Below are positions 54,304 through 64,000 of a stretch of 64,000 bases of DNA, piece after piece (the stretch's first letter is position 1; every line of letters begins with the position of its first letter). Source of the DNA: Dehalococcoidia bacterium (GTDB taxonomy: Bacteria > Chloroflexota > Dehalococcoidia > Lucifugimonadales > UBA3495). The translations under genes were made by a program, and so were the position numbers. The stretch is taken from assembly GCA_963664725.1 (NCBI GenBank), contig OY761558.1:3075361-3139360 (forward strand), written 5' to 3'. A model generated the notes under the pieces. It was not told the DNA's origin. It did not search any database and worked only from the letters and a program-made list of their open reading frames with translations.

Positions 54304-54670
54304 TTTTTTTGAAAAGTGTGCCGTTTTGTGCCATTTTGGCTCATTTTGGCTTCACCCCGGGCTTGGTACCGGAGGGTGACGGGGTCTTGTCCCTCGACCA
54401 GGGCAGACACGCAGGTCTGCCCCTACGATTGCGCCGGCGGCCAAGGCGGCCACAAGGGCCGCCCCTACGAGCAGGTGTCCACGGATGGACACGGGGTGGA
54501 GTATTTTTTAAAAGTGTCCCGTTTTGTCTCATTTTGTCCTATTGTTGCCTTTACCCCCGGGCCTGGTTTCGGTGGGTGAATGAGTATTGTCCCCTGTCGA
54601 GGGCAGACACGCAGGTCTGCCCCTACGGTTGCGGCGGTGGGGCAAGGGCGGCTACATGGGCCGTGCCTAA
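54304..54670. repeat. Two ~124-bp direct repeats (54304-54427 and 54504-54627), each ending in hairpin A and followed by a hairpin B-like element
   Basis: Shared blocks are TTTT(G/A)AAAAGTGT(G/C)CCGTTTTGT...CATTTTG...CCCCGGGC...GGGCAGACACGCAGGTCTGCCCCTACG. Hairpin B lies at 54445-54463, with a degenerate copy at about 54640-54668. Confidence 0.8.
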
Positions 54671-54897
54671 GAGGGGGAGTTTTGGATGGTTCATGGTTTT
54701 ATGGTGGGGATGGGTTATGCGGGTTGGCAAGTGAGGATTGTCAGAAATCGGGAAGTGGGAGGTGAATTGTTCAGAAGCAGGGTGGGAACCTGCCCTCCAT
54801 TTCTGAGCGGTTGCCGGGCAATATCCTGCCTTGCCCCTATGGGGCCCACGGTATAAGATAGGCGGGATATTTTGCCGGTTCCCCGCAGGAGGAGTTA

Positions 54898-55809
54898 ATG
54901 ACCACCCCGGACATCAAGCCCATTGACATTCACATACATCCCTTCACCCAGGAGACGTGCCTGGGTCATGGGCCGTCTTATACCGAAGCCCACTATGACT
55001 TTTTTGGCCGGAGTCCAGAGGCTCCCCACCATGGCAAGCAGTTCATAACCATTGACGAGACCTACGAGACCTTCCAGGAAGCCGGGGTGGACAAGGCGGT
55101 CATCGTCAACATGGTGTCGTACAACCAGTGGGGGCGGGCGCTGCCCAACGACTACCTGGCGCTGTACGCCGAGAAGTACCCCGACCTGTTCATTCCCTTC
55201 GCCGGGGTGGACCCGCACATGGGGCCGCTGGCATTGCGGGAGATTGAGCGGGCGGCCAAGGAACTGGGATGCAAGGGCTTGAAGTTTCATCCCGCGTACC
55301 AGGAGTTCTGTCCCAATGACAAGGAACTGATGTGGGACATTTACGCCAAGTGCGTGGAGCTGGACATCGCCATCCTGGTACACACGGGTACTACCCGCAT
55401 GACCCGCTGCACCATTAACGGGTGCCGCCCCGTCATGCTGGACGACGTGGCCACCGCGTTCCCCGACCTGAGGATCATCATGACTCATTTCGGCTGGCCC
55501 TGGACTGAGGAGGGCCTGGCCGTCTGCTGGCGTCACGATAACGTGTACATGGATCTTTCCGGCTGGCTGCCCCGCTACGTCTACGCTACCCAGCCCATCG
55601 TCTTCCAGTATATGAACACGGTGCTGCAGGACAAGCTGGTTTTCGGCAGCGATTATCCCGCCATTAACCCCAAGGTGTGGCTGGATGATTACCAGACGAT
55701 CGTTGACAACGGTTTTGAATGGGGCGGCGCTCACCGCACCATCAAGCCGGAAGTGTATGAGAAGTTTGTCCGCACCAACGCCATCAAGGCTTTGAAGCTG
55801 GAGGGCTAG
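54898..55809 (+). CDS. Amidohydrolase-2 (ACMSD-like metal-dependent hydrolase/decarboxylase) family protein
   Basis: IDIHIHPF..., ILVHTG..., MTHFGWPW... and FGSDYP motifs. Confidence 0.85.
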   Translation: MTTPDIKPIDIHIHPFTQETCLGHGPSYTEAHYDFFGRSPEAPHHGKQFITIDETYETFQEAGVDKAVIVNMVSYNQWGRALPNDYLALYAEKYPDLFIPFAGVDPHMGPLALREIERAAKELGCKGLKFHPAYQEFCPNDKELMWDIYAKCVELDIAILVHTGTTRMTRCTINGCRPVMLDDVATAFPDLRIIMTHFGWPWTEEGLAVCWRHDNVYMDLSGWLPRYVYATQPIVFQYMNTVLQDKLVFGSDYPAINPKVWLDDYQTIVDNGFEWGGAHRTIKPEVYEKFVRTNAIKALKLEG

Positions 55810-55930
55810 GTCCGGAAACCCAGGGACACAGTCACCCGCATACCCGTCATTCCGGCCAAAACCGGAATCCAGAACCAGAAGCATAGTTTAACTGGGAGGT
55901 CGGAATGACGGCACTTACAGGAGGCATTCC

Positions 55931-57340
55931 GTGCTGAAGAACGCTGAGTTCCATGATGTTCCCTTTTACTACAAGTCCATCGACTTTGAGGAACTGGTGC
56001 GGGAATACCCGCCGGCCCCGGACTTCTTCCGCGGTGTTTTCATGATGAGTACCGAGGAAATACGTGCCCTGCAGGAGCGGCGGTTGAGGGGCGCGGTGGA
56101 ACGGGCGTATAAGGTGCCCTTTTACAAGAGCAAGTGGGATGCCGCCGGTGTTGAACCCGGCGATATCAAGACCATCGAAGACATCAAGAAAGCGCCCATG
56201 TACACGGTGGAGGACATTCGCCAGAGTGTGGATGCCAATCCGCCCTTTGGCGACTATGTGGGCCGCGACGTGCTGGCCGGGGAGATTCCCTGGCGGATTC
56301 ACTCCAGCGGGGGAACGGCGGGGGAACCGCGTCCCACCTTTTACACGCCCTGGGACCGGGAGGTGGGCAACATCCTGCGGGCTCGTTCCTATTACTGGCA
56401 CGGGTTCAAGCCCGGTGACGTGGTGATGAACACCCTGCTCTATTCGACGCACAACGCCGCCTACTCGGCCCATGAGTCGCTTTGGCAGTGGCTGGGCTGC
56501 ATACCCGTTACCACCAGCGCCGGTGTGGTCACCCGCACTTCCCGCGCCCTGGAAATCGCGCAGAAGTGGCAGGTCAATGCTCTTATCGGATTCCCTGAGT
56601 ACCTGATTCACATGTCCCAGGTAGCCAAAGAGATGGGGCTGGAAGTGGGCAAGGACCTGAAGCTGAAGCTCATCGAGTGTTTTGGCAAGTCGGACCTGGT
56701 CAAGGAGGCCTGGGGTGTTCCGGCCTTCGACACATACGGGATGCACGAGGTGCAGGCGATCTCGTCAGAGTGTCCCTACGGCGGCGGTCACCATATCTGG
56801 GAAGACGCCTTCATCGTGGAGATTGTGGACCCGGAGACTTACGAGCCGGTGGAGCCTGGCGAACTGGGCACGATGATCGTAACTGCGCTCTACAAGGAGA
56901 ATTACCCCATCGTCCGCTATGACATCAAGGACGTTACCCGGCTGTGGCCCCAGGGCCAGTGCGAGTGCGGCAGCTGGATGCAGAAGATCGACCCCATCCA
57001 CGGCCGCTCGGACTTTATGGTGAAGCTGCGGGGCGTAAACGTGTGGCCCGAGGGCGTTGGGACCATCGTGGCCACCAAGAGCGGCCTCACCGGTGAGTAT
57101 TACTGCATCGTGGAGAGCCTGGTCAACCGGGAGGAGATGACGGTACAGGTGGAGCACACTCCCGAGGCGAGTGACCTGGAGTCGATCCAGCGGGACCTGG
57201 AGCGCACGTTCCGGGACAGGTTGAATGTGGGAATCAAGGTGGAGATGGTGGAGCCGGACAGCCTGGCCCCGCTGACCGGCGCGGGCGTCCTGCCCAAGGC
57301 ACGGAGGCTGGAGGACCGGCGCAAGTCAGGGCTACAATGA
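55931..57340 (+). CDS. Phenylacetate-CoA ligase-family (PaaK / F390-synthetase-like) adenylating enzyme
   Basis: IHSSGGTAGEPRP P-loop-like AMP-binding motif with PaaK-like length and layout. AGGAGG RBS precedes GTG 55931. Confidence 0.85.
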   Translation: MLKNAEFHDVPFYYKSIDFEELVREYPPAPDFFRGVFMMSTEEIRALQERRLRGAVERAYKVPFYKSKWDAAGVEPGDIKTIEDIKKAPMYTVEDIRQSVDANPPFGDYVGRDVLAGEIPWRIHSSGGTAGEPRPTFYTPWDREVGNILRARSYYWHGFKPGDVVMNTLLYSTHNAAYSAHESLWQWLGCIPVTTSAGVVTRTSRALEIAQKWQVNALIGFPEYLIHMSQVAKEMGLEVGKDLKLKLIECFGKSDLVKEAWGVPAFDTYGMHEVQAISSECPYGGGHHIWEDAFIVEIVDPETYEPVEPGELGTMIVTALYKENYPIVRYDIKDVTRLWPQGQCECGSWMQKIDPIHGRSDFMVKLRGVNVWPEGVGTIVATKSGLTGEYYCIVESLVNREEMTVQVEHTPEASDLESIQRDLERTFRDRLNVGIKVEMVEPDSLAPLTGAGVLPKARRLEDRRKSGLQ

Positions 57341-57404
57341 ACAAAGTTTGCTGAGGTGTAAACAAAAGCAAGGACAGGCTTCAAACCTGCCCCTTATGTA
57401 CCTA

Positions 57405-57935
57405 CTAAAGTGCCTTCAATAACAATTGTACGCACCCAATAGTGGCTCCTAGAAAAGCCCCGAACCAGTTTATCCACTTCAGGTGCTTACCGGTAACACC
57501 TAAGATCAAGCGTTCAATTTGTTCCTTGACCATAGCTTTCAGGTCAATGGCTTGACGCAGATCTAGCAGCTTGATTATAAAGAAATTAATCAGCCTACCG
57601 ATCAACCAATCGGGCATTATTCTCGAAACGGTCGGAGACTGATCACGAATCCAGATGTTCAAGTCCTCCCGTACAGAGGGAGTATCCAGTTGTTGCTGAA
57701 TTATCTCTACGCCCAGAAGCTCCGAATCAACTATACTGCCTATGCTGCTTGCCAACTCATGGCGGTTCCTTGGCACAATTCCCGGTGTTAGAGGAATCGG
57801 GATGGGCCCCAACTGCTTGGCTGTCAAAGGTCGAAACAGCATCATGATTGCGATTCGGTTCGTCCAATACCCAATGACAGCCCCTATAATTGGTGGCGCC
57901 AGCCACCCTGCAATAGTCAACAATAGTTCCTGCAT
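57405..57935 (-). CDS. DUF445-family membrane protein
   Basis: IIGAVIGYWTNRIAIMMLFRPL is a typical DUF445 N-terminal motif. The gene is AT-richer than its neighbours. Confidence 0.65.
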   Translation of the reverse strand: MQELLLTIAGWLAPPIIGAVIGYWTNRIAIMMLFRPLTAKQLGPIPIPLTPGIVPRNRHELASSIGSIVDSELLGVEIIQQQLDTPSVREDLNIWIRDQSPTVSRIMPDWLIGRLINFFIIKLLDLRQAIDLKAMVKEQIERLILGVTGKHLKWINWFGAFLGATIGCVQLLLKAL

Positions 57936-57961
57936 GTCTAGTCCATTAGTATTCGCTTGGC

Positions 57962-59815
<1,854 letters not shown>

Positions 59816-60019
59816 GGCTATCCTCCGGTTCGGGGGCTGGAGTTCCTCACAAACGATCTGTTAACCTCTCCCCCCTTTTGTGGCGGAAGGGCAGGATGGG
59901 GTAGAAGGCGACGCACCAAGTTTTACGCCTTTTCCTTCACTATTATTCTACGATCTGAGCACTATTGCCGGTTTCCCTCGAAAACTCTACGGGGTGCCAT
60001 GGACCGGGGCCGCCTGGGG

Positions 60020-61705
60020 CTACAGCGACCAGTCATCGGGAGCTTCCGGGGTAGGCATGGGACGAATGATCACCTCGCAGAGGGCGGCCTGACCGGACTC
60101 GGTGGCCTGAATGCAGCGGCCGAGGGCGGAGGAAATGTCGTCGGGATTCTCCACTCTTTCCGAGTAGGCGCCCAGGCCCTGGGCAACGACGCTGAAGTTG
60201 CCCCCCAGTTCGGCCATGGCCGGGGGCGCCGCGTTGTCGCGCGCCATGGACATCAGGCCGCCGCCGGTACCGCCGTTGTTGAGAAGGACGGTAAGGGTGG
60301 GCAGTCCCATTCTCACGGCCGTCTCGATTTCCATGCCAACCATTCCGAAGGAGGCGTCGCCGATGACGTTGAAGACCAAATGGTCAGGTTTCCCCAGCTT
60401 GGCCCCTACGGTCGCGCCCATGGACCAGCCCATGGCGGCCATCCCGCCCATGCCGATGTAGTTGCGGGGCCGCGTGACCATCCAGAAGGGGGAAAGGTAA
60501 CCACGGCTGCCGCCGGCATCGTGGAGGGCGACGGTACGGTCCAGGTCGACAAGCTTCATCAGTTCCTGGACAACCCGGTAGCCGTTGGTAGGAGACGAAG
60601 AATCGGTGAAAACTCCTTCCCACTCGGCAAGCCATTTGAACCTGGCCTGCTGAATGTCCGCCACGATTTCTTCCTTGATTCCACCGCCGCCGGGTCCGAG
60701 GCGGTCGCGTACGGCCTGGTTCAGGGCCTGGAGGGCCAGTTTCGCGTCCGCCAGCATGGGAACATCGGCAGGGTATATTTTGTTCAGGTCCTCCGAGTCA
60801 GCGTTGACGTGGATTAGCTTGACGCCGTCAGGGATGGGCCGCCCGTCGGTACCGTTGGGGAGGCGGAAGGAGTTTCCTACAGCTAATACAGCGTCGGCTT
60901 TCCGGTTGATGTGAAGGGCCTGGCCGGAAGCGTACTTGCTGCGGGGGTAGACGCCGCCGCCCAGGGACAGGGGGTGGTTTTCGGGGAAAGTGCCCTTCCC
61001 GACCAGGGTGGTGGCGACAGGCATGGAGAGCATTTCCGCAAGTTCACGGGCCTCGTCCCAGGCCTCGGCGGCAAGGACGCCGCCGCCCAGGTTGAGGATG
61101 GGATAGTTGGCGTTGACCAGAATATCGGCGGCCCGTTCGATGTCTGACGGGTCAGCGGCGGCCTTGCGTCCCGGGCCGACCGGTTCGTAGCGCAGCATCT
61201 CGTCGGGGGCCTCTGATGTGAGGACGTCGGAGGGCATTTCCAACACGACCGGGCCGGGGGTGCCGGACCTAAGGGCGGTGAAAGCGCGGCGCATGACGGA
61301 GGGAATATCCTCTATTTTTGAGAAGGTGCCCTTCCACTTGACAAAGCTGTCAAAAATGCTGGAAGGGGCTTCCTGCTGGATTTCCCGGCCCATATTGGCC
61401 AAGGGGTGCTGGCCCATCAGCAACAGCACCGGGATATTGTCAGCGTAGGCTCCGGCGATGCCGGTCAGGGTGTTGGTCGCGCCAGGACCGGTGCCGCAAA
61501 GGGCGACGCCGACCTTGCCGGTTGCGCGGGCGTAGCCGTCGGCGATTTCTACTCCCTGACGTTCGTGGCGGGCTGAGAAGACCTTGATGGTCGCTGACTG
61601 CCGGAGGGCAGGCCAGAGCGGCGCCTCTCCGCCTCCGGCGAACCCGGAGATATACTCGACCCCCTCTTTTTCCAGGGCGTGGACGACGGCATCTCCTCCG
61701 CGCAT
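60020..61705 (-). CDS. Thiamine-diphosphate-dependent enzyme (acetolactate synthase-like family)
   Basis: N-terminal Pyr domain (GGDAVVHALEKEGVEYISGFAGG) and C-terminal PP domain with GDASFGM...NNGG. Confidence 0.9.
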   Translation of the reverse strand: MRGGDAVVHALEKEGVEYISGFAGGGEAPLWPALRQSATIKVFSARHERQGVEIADGYARATGKVGVALCGTGPGATNTLTGIAGAYADNIPVLLLMGQHPLANMGREIQQEAPSSIFDSFVKWKGTFSKIEDIPSVMRRAFTALRSGTPGPVVLEMPSDVLTSEAPDEMLRYEPVGPGRKAAADPSDIERAADILVNANYPILNLGGGVLAAEAWDEARELAEMLSMPVATTLVGKGTFPENHPLSLGGGVYPRSKYASGQALHINRKADAVLAVGNSFRLPNGTDGRPIPDGVKLIHVNADSEDLNKIYPADVPMLADAKLALQALNQAVRDRLGPGGGGIKEEIVADIQQARFKWLAEWEGVFTDSSSPTNGYRVVQELMKLVDLDRTVALHDAGGSRGYLSPFWMVTRPRNYIGMGGMAAMGWSMGATVGAKLGKPDHLVFNVIGDASFGMVGMEIETAVRMGLPTLTVLLNNGGTGGGLMSMARDNAAPPAMAELGGNFSVVAQGLGAYSERVENPDDISSALGRCIQATESGQAALCEVIIRPMPTPEAPDDWSL

Positions 61706-61751
61706 GGTTAGCCTCCTGTTGGAGCGTATCGGAATTATTGGTGATTCTATT

Positions 61752-62795
61752 TCAGGGCAGGACGGCGCAGGCCCTTCCCGGCTGCTCCATAGCTTCGATA
61801 CTTTGCAGGACTTCCTCCGACTCTTCCAGTTGGCAAAGGCGGGTTACTATGGGGCGGATACGACCCTGGGCCACCAGTTCCACGGCCTCGGCCAGTTCCT
61901 GGCGGCTGCAGTAGCGGGAACCGGTCAGGACCAGTTCGTTGCTAAGAGACCGGGAGTTGAGCGGCAACGTGGCCTGGCCGTCGTAGGAACCCACGAACAC
62001 CAAGCGCCCGCCCTTGCCCAGACTGTCCAGGCTGCACTGCATGGTGTCGGCAATGCCTACCATTTCCACTACAACATCCACGCCCCGGCCACCGGTCAGC
62101 CTTCGGGCTTCCTCGTCAAACCCCACTTCGCGGGAATTAATGATTTCGTCGGCGCCGGATTCGCGGGCCAGGGCCAGCTTTTCGGCGGTAATGTCCACGG
62201 CGAAGACGCGAGCGCCCAGCACCTTGGCCATCTGCACCATGTGGATCCCCACGCCGCCGCCAGCGCCCACGATCATGACCGTTTCCGGCGCGCGGACGTG
62301 GGCCCGTTCCCGCAGCACGTGGACGGGCGTGGCGATGGCGTCGGCAGTGACGGCAGCGTCCACGTAACCCATTTCCGGCGGGATTTGGCAAAGGTTACGT
62401 TCAGGCAGGACCACATACTCGGCCAGGCCGCCGTCGATTTGGCGGCCGACGTAGCCGGCGTGATTGTCGCACAGGTCTTCCCGACCCACGTTGCACCAGC
62501 GGCAGTTGCCGCAGGTGAGGTAGAAGTAGACGTTGACGCGGTCGCCAGCCTTGAAGGCGGTTGCGTTGGGGCCGGTTTCCACCACGTCGCCGGCGATTTC
62601 GTGGCCGATGATGCGGGGCACCTTGTCGGGTATGGTTCCCCGGCCAAAGCCCCGGCCCTTCAGGTTCCAGACCAGGGTTAGGCCCAGGCCGCAGGCCCGC
62701 ACCCGCACCAGGACTTCACCGTTGCCGGGCTGGGGAACGGGCACATCTTCCAGGGAAAGGGATCCGCCCTGTTCTCGCAGGACCATTGCTTTCAT
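61752..62795 (-). CDS. Zinc-dependent medium-chain alcohol dehydrogenase-family protein
   Basis: GHEIAGDVVETG, structural-zinc cysteines (CGNCRWC) and a GAGGGVG Rossmann motif. Confidence 0.9.
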   Translation of the reverse strand: MKAMVLREQGGSLSLEDVPVPQPGNGEVLVRVRACGLGLTLVWNLKGRGFGRGTIPDKVPRIIGHEIAGDVVETGPNATAFKAGDRVNVYFYLTCGNCRWCNVGREDLCDNHAGYVGRQIDGGLAEYVVLPERNLCQIPPEMGYVDAAVTADAIATPVHVLRERAHVRAPETVMIVGAGGGVGIHMVQMAKVLGARVFAVDITAEKLALARESGADEIINSREVGFDEEARRLTGGRGVDVVVEMVGIADTMQCSLDSLGKGGRLVFVGSYDGQATLPLNSRSLSNELVLTGSRYCSRQELAEAVELVAQGRIRPIVTRLCQLEESEEVLQSIEAMEQPGRACAVLP

Positions 62796-63055
62796 TGGAG
62801 CCTCGGCGGTGACGAATTCGCCAAATGTCCGGATATTGGCATTGGCGAACCAGGGATGTGTTCAAACAATTAACGATGCCTTAATAATTGAATTATATGT
62901 TGCACTGCTATCGGTTACCATAAATTTGGGCACAAAAGCCGGAGGATTTTAGCCTGGAATCGGGAATTGTTGTAAAATGCCGGCCTGCCCGCTGGGCGCG
63001 GTAATGTATTTGAGAGCAGGCCGGACTCAAACAGTCCGGTTCAGGAGGACGATAA

Positions 63056-63817
63056 ATGGACCTGGGACTGGCAGACAAGGTTGTATTTATAACCGGCGGA
63101 GGTCACGGCATCGGGAGAGCTTTTGCGCTGGCTTTTGCGGATGAAGGCGCGTCGGTTGCCATTGCGGAGTTGGATACCCAGCGAGCGGATGCCACCGTGG
63201 GTGACATTCGCGAGCGGGGCGGGAACGCACTTTCAGTACCCTGCGATGTTAGCGACAGTTCAATGGTGCAGGCCGCCGTGGCTCGTACCGTGGATGAGTA
63301 CGGACGTATCGACATCCTGGTCAACAATGCGGTCAGTCCCAACCTGACTGGTTCCCTGGAGGAACTGGACGACGTGGACTGGGACCACAACTTCGACGTG
63401 AATGTGAAGGGCAGCTTTTACTGCTTCCGTGCCGTGGTACCCCACATGAAGGAACAGGGGTACGGCAAGGTGGTCAGCATGGCTTCCATTGTGGGCCGGA
63501 GGGGGTCGGCGGAACCCACGTCGGCGGCCTATTCAGCGTCCAAGGCTGGGATAATCGGTTTGACCGCCACCATGGCCCGGGAACTGGGTCCCTACAACAT
63601 TAACGTCAATGCCATTGCTCCGGGCAGCATCAACACTCCTCGCTGGAGGGATGCCCGCAACGATGAGCAGGTCAACCGTACCGTGAATGCCACGGCCCTG
63701 AAACGGCTGGGAGAGGCGGAGGACATTGTGGGCATGTGCCTGATGCTGGCTTCGGACCGGTCGTCGTTTATAACGGGGCAGGTGGTTACCATTGACGGGG
63801 GGATGCTGTGCATGTAG
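63056..63817 (+). CDS. SDR-family oxidoreductase (FabG-like)
   Basis: TGGGHGIG, NNAV and YSASKAG catalytic motifs. Confidence 0.9.
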   Translation: MDLGLADKVVFITGGGHGIGRAFALAFADEGASVAIAELDTQRADATVGDIRERGGNALSVPCDVSDSSMVQAAVARTVDEYGRIDILVNNAVSPNLTGSLEELDDVDWDHNFDVNVKGSFYCFRAVVPHMKEQGYGKVVSMASIVGRRGSAEPTSAAYSASKAGIIGLTATMARELGPYNINVNAIAPGSINTPRWRDARNDEQVNRTVNATALKRLGEAEDIVGMCLMLASDRSSFITGQVVTIDGGMLCM

Positions 63818-63860
63818 GGGGCAGGCCCCGTTAGCGCAATGGCTGTAGAACTCACCTGGC

Positions 63861-64000
63861 CTACTCCAGTTCCAGGAACTCCTGCACCCATTCGGTGGCG
63901 GGTTCCTTGTCGTAGAGGCCGTACAATACCGCGGCGTTGCGGATGTGGTCGCCGCCAAAGTAGCGTTCGTAGAGCACCTGCCTGCTGGCAAAGGAGCTGC
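63861..64000 (-). CDS. 3' end of an unidentified gene that continues beyond the window
   Basis: The open frame on the minus strand reads ...SSFASRQVLYERYFGGDHIRNAAVLYGLYDKEPATEWVQEFLELE, with its stop at 63861-63863. It is too short to assign. Confidence 0.3.
   Translation of the reverse strand, partial: SSFASRQVLYERYFGGDHIRNAAVLYGLYDKEPATEWVQEFLELE

Noticed and set aside
53622-54670. Possible CRISPR array.
   Set aside because: The repeats are composite palindromes of two different types with irregular spacing and diverged copies. There is no uniform repeat-spacer periodicity and no cas genes.
53567-54765. Track ORFs 53567..53791, 53645..53863, 53776..54273, 54030..54734, 54316..54579, 54341..54532 and 54580..54765.
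   Set aside because: They are read through the palindromic repeat units, giving peptides such as GGHKGRPY and RADTQVCPY. They overlap each other in several frames and are repeat artefacts rather than genes.

Overview
Gene-dense bacterial chromosomal window with about 60 credible CDS. It looks mostly high-GC by eye, with several visibly AT-richer islets; I did not compute GC. I saw no rRNA, tRNA or CRISPR array.

Layout:
(1) 1-6.3 kb: terminal part of an integrative element. It carries a replication-relaxation-like protein, an Xis-like HTH protein, an orphan HigA-type antitoxin, an AT-richer GIY-YIG/T5orf172 gene and a large serine recombinase.
(2) 6.3-18 kb: accessory genes. These include an AT-rich islet (membrane pentapeptide-repeat protein plus a decayed Phd/YefM antitoxin), an SDR, an LLM oxidoreductase, a BacNaV-type voltage-gated channel, an ACAD-fold monooxygenase, a translationally coupled DUF1538-DUF1538-PII-CBS operon and an orphan family-5 SBP.
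(3) 19-22.7 kb: GuaB3, then a UGA-recoded UGSC-type selenoprotein that the ORF track splits, then AIM24 coupled to an unknown 355-aa protein.
(4) 23-31.7 kb: dnaE-dnaG-rpoD, bracketed by two small zinc-ribbon ORFs.
(5) 32.7-35.3 kb: corC-like gene and glmU.
(6) 35.5-44.6 kb: same-strand cluster of AtzG-like/amidase, cupin, hydrolase, LLM, a flavin-dependent halogenase with a PqqD-like tail and an LLM fused to a winged-helix domain, followed by a convergent F420-type LLM.
(7) 44,692-49,552: a 4,861-bp transposon with 39-bp terminal inverted repeats, an 8-bp target duplication, an IS6/IS1595-like transposase and seven small passenger ORFs, mostly membrane proteins.
(8) 49.6-64 kb: metabolic genes (SMP-30, DinB-like, ThuA, M19 dipeptidase, amidohydrolase, PaaK-like ligase, GH15, TPP enzyme, Zn-ADH, SDR), interrupted at 53.6-54.7 kb by composite palindromic repeats around a small ORF.

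The best-supported non-obvious findings are the selenoprotein recoding site and the passenger-carrying IS-like transposon. Lineage guess, inference only: Chloroflexota, possibly SAR202-like, based on the LLM paralog richness and the repeat types.
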